DNA of 64,000 nucleotides. Origin: Eledone cirrhosa (Eukaryota). A program made the position numbers and the translations under genes. Shown here piece after piece: positions 54,439-64,000 of this stretch (position 1 is its first letter; each line of letters opens with the position of its first letter). The notes under the pieces were generated by a model, which saw nothing but the letters and a program-made list of their open reading frames with translations, did not search any database and had not been told where the DNA came from. Location: positions 42,160,001 through 42,224,000 of the forward strand of contig OZ024751.1 of NCBI GenBank assembly GCA_964016885.1, written 5' to 3'.

Positions 54439-54880
54439 GTAAATAAGACTTTCATATTGTTTGTAAGTCTCCCCCCTATTGGGGAATTTTTCATTGTTAT
54501 TTTTTTATTACATCCTCTATTTTTTTTTACACGCAGAAATGCCCATTTGTACCGTCCTGTATTGTCCTGTACTGTCCTTAATGTCTACTTTATGTAAACC
54601 CTTGTGGTTAATAACGAAAGCATATTGTTTGTATATTATATTAGTAACATGCATTATACCACCGCCACCACCACTCGTCGACTATTGTCGAGATGATGGA
54701 TCTCACTCTCATGCCCCAGAATCCCCTGTCCCCCATCGCTGCCCCCAGGTCCTGTCTGCTGATTCCCTTATCCCTAGAGATAACGTCAGGGAATGACAGC
54801 TTCCTACTCCTAGTCAGGCTGGAGTCAGGCTGGTTCCAGAGCAAGAGAGCGGATATGATTTCATTGCATTATACACTGTC

Positions 54881-54941
<61 letters not shown>

Positions 54942-55044
54942 TTTTCTTTATTGACCACAAGGGTTTATAATAATGATGAAATTATTGTGTACAGTGCTCA
55001 GGTGCACTACAACTCATCAAAGGTGCATGTATACTATATAGAAT

Positions 55045-55233
55045 AATTGTTTCTACTTTAGGCACAAGGCCAGCAATTATCCAGTGCATTACTGGTACTT
55101 TATTTTATCGACCCCGTCAGGATGAAAGGCAAAGTCAACCTCGGCGGGATTTGAACTCAGATCGTAAAGGGACGTAACTATGCTGGAAAGCATGGCGTCC
55201 GACCCTCTACCGATACTGCCAATCCACCGCCCT
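55045..55233 (-). mobile_element. Meta-like SINE with an ~18-bp TSD
   Basis: tatactatatagaataat on both flanks. Confidence 0.9.
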
Positions 55234-55352
55234 CTATACTATATAGAATAATGTACAAATGTCGGGAAAGTGAACTGTATGAGTCATGATATACATGTGT
55301 GCATATGTACGGAGGGGGAATATCAGGTGTAGTGTTGGAGAATTTCAAGAAG

Positions 55353-55905
55353 CATGGAGGTTTTAAAGGATGCAGTGTCTCGGCAGCTAATAACTGATGC
55401 AGGTAGTTTGTTCCATGGAGGTTTTAAAGGATGCAGTGTCTCGACAGCTAACAACTGATGCAGGTAGTTTGTTCCATGGAGGTTTTAAACGATGCAGTGT
55501 CTCGACAGCTAACAACTGATGCAGGTAGTTTGTTCCATGGAGGTTTTAAAGGATGCAGTGTCTCGACAGCTAACAACTGATGCAGGTAGTTTGTTCCATG
55601 GAGGTTTTAAAGGATGCAGTGTCTCGACAGCTAACAACTGATGCAGGTAGTTTGTTCCATGGAGGTTTTAAAGGATGCAGTGTCTCGACAGCTAACAACT
55701 GATGCAGGTAGTTTGTTCCATGGAGGTTTTAAAGGATGCAGTGTCTCGGCAGCTAACAACTGATGTAGGTAGTTTGTTCCATGGAGGTTTTAAAGGATGC
55801 AGTGTCTCGGCAGCTAACAACTGATGTAGGTAGTTTGTTCCATGGAGGTTTTAAACGATGCAGTGTCTCGGCAGCTAACAACTGGTGCAGGCAATTTGTT
55901 CCATG
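55353..55905. repeat. 61-bp minisatellite, 9 copies
   Basis: catggaggttttaaaggatgcagtgtctcgacagctaacaactgatgcaggtagtttgttc. Confidence 0.96.
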
Positions 55906-55939
55906 CTTCAGCAACTCTGAGCGTGAAAAAATGTTATAC

Positions 55940-56565
55940 ATCATAACCATCATACATCACCATCATCTGATATAGCCATCATACAATACCATCATACACC
56001 ATCACCACCATACACCACCACCATCATACATTATCATCATATATAACCATTGTACACTGTCACCCTTATCACGACCACCACCATCACCATCACCGCCATC
56101 ACCACCACACATACCACCACCATCACCATCACCACCATTACTACCATCACTGCCACCACGTTCACCGCCATCATCATCACATCTATCACCACGACCCTCA
56201 CCATCACACATATCACTACCATCACCATAACATCTATCACCACCACCATCACCACCATCACCATCACCACCACCACCACCACCAACATCACCATCATCAC
56301 CACCAACACCACCAACACCACCACCACCATAACTAACAACAACAACCAACACCAACATCAACACCACCATAACCAACATCAACATCACCTTCATAACCAA
56401 TAACAACATCACATCACTAACATAAACACCACAACCACCACCATCACCAACAACAACAACATCACTACCACCACTGCCACCACCACCACCACCACCACCA
56501 CCACCAACATCACTACCGCCACTGCCACCACCATCACCTTCACTAACAATAACAACAACATCACT
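55940..56565. repeat. Degenerate (CAC/CAT/CAA)n low-complexity tract
   Basis: Trinucleotide mosaic. Confidence 0.9.
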
Positions 56566-57326
56566 AGCATCTCTGTGATAGAGCACAGCATTTTTTAAAT
56601 TTAGGCTGAAAGGATCATAAGCTGACTATGAAGGAATGATGCTAGTGCTGTGAAATCTTGCATGCCTTATTTTTAAGGGTCTTCACCCTATTTTATAAGT
56701 TATTTTATAGTATCTCTGTGCTAGAGCACAGCATTCTTTACACAAGGGTAGGTTTAAAACTCATATGCTGATTATGAAGGAATGATGCTAGAGCTATGAA
56801 ATCTTGCATGCATTAATTTCAACTCTTCTTATTAATAACTGCATTGTTTCTTTCCAGGGACTATGTTGAAAAATAAACCTCATTTGGTCATTCCATGAGA
56901 GTATCTTGGTCAGCCTATGAACTTCAGTGAACCCTTGTATTAAATAGTTCCTAGTATATTTTCTTTCTTTTTTAAACTATTTAAAGCCCATAACTCTATT
57001 AGGGACCCCTTCCATGATTGGTGGAAGCTATTATCTGCCAGTCTGGGATCTGACCTTGAATGTTTCCAGACAGAGTAAACTCTGCCAAAAGGACACTTCC
57101 CCCACCCACTGTCAGTTCTATACACCTCACCCCACCAACGTGGTGGTATTGAATTTGGGCAACTGATTATGTGTACAACTGTTTCACAGAGGACTAAAAT
57201 ATTTTAAATCAGAGCGAAAGAGAGAGGAAGATTTTGGTGGTGGTGGTGGGTAGAAGGTGGGTTAGGAAGAGGAGGTGGCACAGAGAACTCTCCAACAGTC
57301 AGGCACACTATCATCAGCCAGCATAG

Positions 57327-57865
57327 TCATATATATAAAGTTGTAGTTCCTGTTTGTTTGTTCATGAACTCCTAAGGTTTTGGAGATAGACCCCTCATAA
57401 CCATATATATTCTGAAACTATATTGCCCAGGGTACTTGGATAAGTATATTTCATTTTAATCAAAGGGTTCCCCGGGGGCACAAACCCCTGCTGAAAGTTT
57501 TTTCCCTTTGATTTATATGAACTTTAAACCATAGGTAAATGACAATATGATGCCTATTCACAAAATTTCAGCAAATTTCAATAATATTAAGACACCCTAA
57601 TGGGGGTTAAACCCCCTATAGTGAAAATTTTGGAAGCCCATAACTTGGGTATTGGAACCTCTATTATCACAGGGTTTTTCTATTAATTAAACGTAAATCA
57701 ACAAAAAAAAGCAGCTCTCTTTCATAGTAAAATTTGGCTAATTTAGACATTTTATCTATAGCAAAACATCACTAGAATTATGACAACAAAAAATTATCAA
57801 CCAAAATCATCATTTTCTTACAAAAAAATTGTGTGAAACGCAAAAAGGCGCGGGTAATTCGACTA

Positions 57866-57866
<1 letters not shown>
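57327..57866 (+). mobile_element. Non-autonomous Helitron-like element
   Basis: 5' TC-atatatataaag followed by tgtttgtttg; 3' GC-rich gcgcgggt...CTAG followed by T; no TSD. Confidence 0.6.
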
Positions 57867-57935
<69 letters not shown>

Positions 57936-57939
<4 letters not shown>

Positions 57940-58190
57940 GTGTATAGTGGTAGCTATGGTGCTTCCATAGGCGGTATGCCAAAATTAGCACTCGATATTC
58001 ATCAGAGTAGAGTGTAGATATTATAAAGAAAACGAAAAATCAGTGATGCATCTGGACTTGGTTTATTTTGTGTTACAAATGTTTCGCCGGCATGGACCAT
58101 GACTCGAGCTACATGCCGGCAAAACATTTGTAACACGAAATAAACTAAGTCCAGATGCATCACTGATTTTTCGTTTTCTTTATAATATAT
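57936..58190 (-). mobile_element. Fold-back insert between TA tracts
   Basis: Arms 58018-58094 and 58112-58188; hammerhead 3' half GAAACAUUUGUA on the minus strand. Confidence 0.72.
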
Positions 58191-58249
58191 ATATAGTAAT
58201 AATAATAAATTTGAAGACTAAAATCCAAAGAGGGCTCGATAAGGATAAA

Positions 58250-58843
58250 TATTTATTAAAATAACAGATTAAAATTTAAGCAAAGAATCGCTGCTTTCAC
58301 CTTTAACGGGATCTCCTGAAACTAACAAAGTCAATCTGTGAACGCGCAGAAGTGAATATTTCAATATTCAAAAAACGTTGCAACCGGAGGAAGACAGGAA
58401 GACAATACTTTGGTTCGTGGAAACGTTCCCTGGCAAAGAACGGGAAAAAATGAATATAATACGTCATTATTAGGAGCGGTGAAAAACAATTACAGACGTA
58501 TTATTTTCGTTTTTTCCGTTCATTGCCAGAGAACGTCTCTATGAACCACCTAATAGAATATTAGTCTAAAACTTCTTTTATACCATAAACGTGGTTTTGT
58601 CTTTGCGCGTAATTGTTTTTCACTGCTCCAAATAATGACGTATTATATTCATTTTTTCCCGTTCTTTGCCAGGGAACGATTCCACGAACCAAAGTATCGT
58701 CTTCCTGTCTTCCTCCGGTTGCAACGTTTTTTGAAATATTCACTTCTGCGTTCACAGATTGACTTTGTTAGTTTCAGAAGATCCCGTTAAGGGTGAAAGC
58801 AACTATTCTTTGCTTAAACTTTAATCTGTTATTTTAATAAATA
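58250..58843. mobile_element. Older fold-back insert, ~240-bp arms
   Basis: 58250-58493 versus 58609-58843 with scattered mismatches; degenerate cagaaga-tccc...gggt-gaaa motif near 58774-58800. Confidence 0.72.
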
Positions 58844-58859
58844 TATATATATATATATA

Positions 58860-59316
58860 TACACAGTTCAAGAGTAACCAATCTTAAAGAGAGAGATGGA
58901 GATAGGAGAGGAGATATGAGAGGAGAGATTGGTGAATTAGTTAGAAGCCAAGCGTAAAGACATGTGCTCAATGTGCAATATGCAGTAGAAAGCAGCTAGG
59001 TGGCTGGGTTCATGCAGAAATTAGGTGCGCAGAGCTGGAAATATTCATTAGTTAAGCAAAGCAAGACCACAAATTTCACAAGGAAGATATTATTAAATAT
59101 GTTAATTATTTTCAACTGAACCAGATCAATTATGATATATAGTCATATGATCCAGAAATATTATATGGAGTAGCGAAACAATTGTAAACGGACATTATTA
59201 TTATTAATATTATTATTATTATTCTCTACATTCCTTACATCAAACTAAAATATGTTGACAATCTTTTAATAATATCTTCCTTGTGAAATTTGTGGTCTTG
59301 TTTTGCTTAACTAATG
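58860..59316. mobile_element. Fold-back insert, ~50-bp arms
   Basis: 59046-59095 versus 59262-59315; GAAACAAUUGUA in the spacer. Confidence 0.6.
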
Positions 59317-59327
59317 TATATATATAT

Positions 59328-59522
59328 ATTTAATATAGAAATGGCTTCTACAGGGCTAGAACTGTTTCATTCAGGAGAAATCACCAGTTTCACACATTAA
59401 TGTAATATTGCACTGGTCTTTCCTGATGATTTCTCCCGAATGAAACAGTTCTAGTCCTGTAGAAGCCATTTCTATATTAAATATTTATACTCTGCTATGT
59501 ATTGAGTACCTTACATACTGTG
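59328..59522 (+). mobile_element. Fold-back terminus with hammerhead motif at 59414-59468
   Basis: Arms 59328-59387 and 59423-59482; CUGAUGA-UUUC/GAAU-GAAACAG...CUGUA-GAAGCCA. Same family as 63513. Confidence 0.75.
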
Positions 59523-59524
59523 GC

Positions 59525-59860
59525 TACCCCCGATTGAACCCCCACCCCATCCACACCACCCCTTTCAATGTAAAGTTATGTTGGTACCACAACATCCAGC
59601 CCGAAACAAATGAGGTCGTGTAGGTGTCACAACAAAAAAACACACAGTCCACGCTGTAATGTGGCCGTGTAGGTAACACGGTAAAAACCTCCCAGTTCCA
59701 CACTGTAAATGTGGTTGGTGTTAGGAAGGGCATCCAGCCGTAGAAAACCCGCCAGACAATCCTATGCGAGCAAGACAACCACTCTTGCCTCAAGTGGGAA
59801 AACTCCTGTCCAAACCCATGCGAGCGTGGAATACGGACGTTAAACGATGATGATGATGTT
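59525..59860 (+). mobile_element. RTE-family 3' UTR fragment
   Basis: Inverted relative of 60645-60970. Confidence 0.8.
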
Positions 59861-59877
59861 GATATATATATATATAT

Positions 59878-60308
59878 ACTTACAGTAGATATTGATGCAA
59901 TTCAATTCAAGCGCTCTATGTACTTTTTCCACACAGGAATGATGGAATATATTTAGAATAAGATAATTGTTTCTACTTTTGGCACAAGGCCAGCAATTAT
60001 CCCAGTGTATTACTGGTACTTTATTTTATCGACCCCTTAAGGATGAAAGGCAAAGCGAAGTAGTTTCAGATGTTAAAGTCCTTTATTGATAAGGTTGTGA
60101 TAGATATTTGAATGATAGTGACTACATGTTTCCATGTACACAGTGCCATGATCTGTTTCAATTTGGATTGCCTTATCATGTAAGAAGCTGTCTCATGAAG
60201 CATTTCACTGGTTGCGTGGAACCACCTGACCTCTGTTGTCATTCAAATCACAGACTTATCAATAAAGGACTTTAACATCCGAAACTACTTTGCATTTTCT
60301 TATTCTAT
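59878..60308 (-). mobile_element. Fold-back insert interrupted by a SINE fragment (59963-60055)
   Basis: Arms 60057-60093 and 60254-60291; related to 24350-24505. Confidence 0.62.
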
Positions 60309-60534
60309 ATATATACACTCATATATTTATAATATAATATATAGAGAAGAACACACAAAAGAGTATGTTTTGAATTATGAGGGGTAGAGAACCATTAAAG
60401 TGAAATACATAAAGTCTACGAAAAGTGTGGAAAATACATAATAATTGGAAACGTAAATTAAATTGCCCTAATGTGAGTCTTTAACTCCGTTTTATCATTT
60501 GATATATATATTTATATGTATTTGTATTTATGTG

Positions 60535-60589
<55 letters not shown>

Positions 60590-60644
60590 GTATATATATA
60601 TATATATCCATACATATATATATATACATACATACATATATGTA

Positions 60645-61362
60645 TCATCATCATCATCATCATCATCAACGTTTAACGTCCGTGTTCCACGCTTGCATGG
60701 GTTTGGACGGGGGTTTTCCCACTTGAGGCAAGAGTGATTGTCTTGCTCGCATAGGACTGTCTGGCAGGTTTTCTACAGTTGGATGCCCTTCCTAACACCA
60801 ACCACATTTACAGTGTGGGTCTGGGAGGTTTTTACCGTGTTGCCTACACGGCCACATTACAGCGTGGACTGTGTGTTTTTTTTGTCGTGACACCTACACG
60901 ATCTCATATGTTTCGGCCTGGATGGCGCGGCACCAACATAACTTTACATAGAACGGGGTGGTGTGGATGGGGTGGGGGTGGTGGTGGTGGGACGGGGTGT
61001 ATTTTGTTAGAGATGCCTACTGGCTGGAGTAGGTTTTACTATATATTTAGGTAAGGCGGGTCTTCTCTGTTACTGAGTACCGCCAAAGGTCTCGGTCCAG
61101 TGACATTGTCTTGGAGAGGTATAAGTGTGTGATGTCGGAGTTTATCAGCTCGTCCCAGGTTTTTCTAGGTCTGCCTATTCCGTGACTACCGTCTATCTTT
61201 ATTGCCCTGCACTTTGTTATACAGCTATCGACTTTTATGCGCATCACGTGTCCATACCAACGTAGCCTTCTCTCGAGTAAACAACATCTGATCCCTCTTA
61301 TCTCTAATTTTTTCCTTAGTTCGTTTATGCTTTGCCGTTCACGTATATTACTGTTACACATC
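60645..61362 (-). mobile_element. RTE LINE 3' end
   Basis: RRLRWYGHVMR...GRPRKTW...; stop at 61047, UTR and GAT tail. Confidence 0.88.
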
Positions 61363-61412
<50 letters not shown>

Positions 61413-61434
61413 GTACATACATATATATATGTAT

Positions 61435-62822
61435 ATCATCATCACCGTTTTACGTCCGTTCTTCCACGCTAGCATGGGTTAGATGGGTTGTCCTGTTGTG
61501 GGCAGTGTCTGGTCGACTGACCATGCCTTGCTCATACAGGAACTGATTCTGACTTGATTTCTACAGCTGGATGCCCTTCCTAACACCAACCTCATTTACA
61601 GTGAGTGCTGGGTGCTTTTTCGTGGCGCCTACACGTCCACTTTTCAGTGTGGGCTGGGTGCTTTTTTGCCGTGGCACCTCCACGACCACCTTGCAGTGGG
61701 AGGTGTGGGGGCATATTGTCTATATGCTTCAGCTTGTACCCATGGGAGGTCGGGTACTCTGTATTACTGCGTGACGCCAGAGGTCACGGTCATGTGTCAT
61801 CGCCTTTGAGAGGTGTAATTGGGTAAGGTCGGCTTTTATCACCTCATCCCAGGTCATCTTGGGTCTCCCCACTCCGCGGTTTCCATCGACTTCTCTCAGT
61901 CTCTCTCTCAATTCATTTATGCTTTTTCGTTCGCGTATATTACTATTACACATCCATCGGAGCATGCAGGCTTCGTTTCTCTCTAATCTAAGTAAATCTT
62001 CCACCTTCAGCGCCCAGGTCTCACTACCATGTAACATTGCTGTTCAGATACACGCATCATACAGTCTGCCTTTCATTTTGAGGGAGAAGCCTTTTGCAGC
62101 TAGCAGTGGTAGTAGTTCCCTAAACTTCTTCCATCCCGTTCTTACCCTAGTTATTGTACTTTCTGAACACCCACCTCCGCTGCTAATTCGGTCACCTAGG
62201 TAGCAGAAGCTGTCTACTGTTTCTACAGAGCCCCCCCCCCCCCCCCCCCCCCCCAGAGATTGGTGGTACTTGTTTCCTGTGGCTGTTTGCTGCTTGCTGT
62301 CCCAGCACAGCTGCTGCATGTGAAGCCTACATTCTTAATTAAGCTTCCTGAGATCCTGCTACATCTCTTGTGTACCCATTGTTTGCATTTGGGGCAGAGA
62401 ATGGAGTTCCTACCTACACCTTTCCTACATACTGAGCAAGGCCATTTCCTTGAGGGGATCTGGGTTCTGTCTTCTCGTCTACTTACAAGGACCTTAGTCT
62501 TTGTCATGTTGACTTTGAGACCCTTTCTTTCTAGTCCCTGCTTCCAAGTTTGGAATTTCTTCTCTAGTTCTACCATAGATTCAGCTATAAGTGCGAGGTC
62601 ATCAGCATACAGGAGTTCCCATGGGCATCCGGTCTTAAACTCCTCCGTTATTGCCTGCAGGACTATGATGAACAGGAGGGGGCTAAGAACAGAGCCCTGG
62701 TGGACCCCAACCTGTACGCTAAATTCCTCGCTATACTCATTGCTAATCCGAACTTTGCTGACTGCTCCCCTATACATGGCTTGTACAGCTTTCACATGCC
62801 ATTCATCTACTCCTAGTTTTCT
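61435..62822 (-). mobile_element. RTE LINE 3' third with RT domain, frameshifted
   Basis: [29 protein letters not shown], an internal Cys-rich knuckle; C24 tract at 62231-62254. Confidence 0.92.
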
Positions 62823-62872
62823 AACATATATATATACACACATATACATATATATATACATATATATATATG

Positions 62873-62910
<38 letters not shown>

Positions 62911-63359
62911 CATACATATATATATATATATAAGTATGTGTGTGTTTATTTGCATAACCTTAACACACCATCCTTTCTATTGCTTCTCTGTTCTCTCCCT
63001 CCCTCTCTGTCTCTCCTTTCCCTCATCCACACTCTCCTTCTTTCTTTCTCTCACTCTCGGTTCCACAACATTAAGATGTAGTTGTCTGCTGTCTGCTGTC
63101 TGTTTGTCTTCTGCAACTATTTTTCTCTGTGCATTTTCTACATACATTATATGAGTGTATAGTGTATTTATGTCTATATAATACTGCACTCTTTCTGTCA
63201 ATATACTACAGTGTCTATATTTGAATAACCTCAACTCTCAGTTCTTTTTAATTCTTCTTTCTTTTCTCCATATCTCCCTCATTCTCTCTCTCTCTATCTA
63301 TCTCTCCCCCACCTCTCTATCTCTCTCTCTATATATATATATATCTACCAACCTATCTT

Positions 63360-63394
<35 letters not shown>

Positions 63395-63512
63395 CTACCA
63401 ACATATCTTTCTCTCTCTCTCTATATATATATATATCTACCAACCTATCTTTCTCTCTCCACATCTCTCCCTATATATTTATTTATATATATATATATTT
63501 ATATAAAATTCT

Positions 63513-63660
63513 ATATAGAAATGGCTTCTACAGGACTAGAACTGTTTCATTCGAAAGAAATCATCAGGATGAAACAGTTCTAGTCATGTAGAAGCCATTT
63601 CTATATTAAATTTCATGTTTACACTCTACTAATGTATTGAGTACCTTAATTACTGTGCTT
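63513..63660 (+). mobile_element. Fold-back terminus with hammerhead core on the minus strand
   Basis: Arms 63513-63550 and 63569-63606; same tail as 59483-59522. Confidence 0.72.
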
Positions 63661-63703
63661 ATATGTGTGAGTATATATATCTATATCTATATATCTACTA
63701 TAT

Positions 63704-63860
63704 AATATAAGATCAAAAGATGGTTAAAAGAGTTCCAAGTATTTCCAAGTTCCATCTTTCGATCTTATATTATTTATACTCCAGTCCTACAAACTGTAGA
63801 GTGCTACTTATCCGATATTTGCATTGCTTTATTGTACTACAATAAAACTCACCTCCTACA
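63704..63860 (+). mobile_element. Short fold-back terminus
   Basis: Same family as 52003-52190 but with a different inversion junction. Confidence 0.7.
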
Positions 63861-63869
63861 TATCCACTA

Positions 63870-63908
<39 letters not shown>

Positions 63909-64000
63909 CCACTATATATGTATATATATATATCCCCTCCTCTCTCTCTTCCTTCCCTTCTTCCTCTGGTCATTTCTCTATCTATCCCCCTTACAATTGG

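Larger units (their letters stand above)
54886..55932 (-). mobile_element. CR1/L2-group LINE 3' end with internal 61-bp expansion and nested SINE
   Basis: FFTLRVAEAWNKLPAPVVSCRDTASFKTSM C-terminal motif, 3' UTR, aataaa and (ATT)n tail. Confidence 0.8.

Overview
Repeat-saturated, AT-rich eukaryotic DNA, not prokaryotic. The SINE/LINE families and microsatellite load suggest a coleoid cephalopod, probably an octopod (inference). Contents: four large satellite arrays (39-41, ~30, 40 and 56 bp units); many RTE-clade LINE fragments and tRNA-derived SINEs; one young L1/Tx1-group LINE with an intact 1153-aa ORF2 and a 16-bp target-site duplication; a 5'-truncated Naiad-type Penelope-like element (PLE); a piggyBac-like MITE and a Helitron-like element. 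The only recognisable host gene is a spliced IAP-like locus on the + strand (8.5-14.0 kb). Its UBA-like and RING exons keep their splice phases, but its BIR segment carries stops, two of them TGA exactly at zinc-ligand Cys positions. The most striking unexplained pattern is a dozen or more fold-back (long inverted repeat) inserts from several unrelated families. Nearly all sit against (TA)n tracts, and many carry minimal type I hammerhead ribozyme motifs, sometimes on both strands. All identifications were made by eye; no database searches were run.
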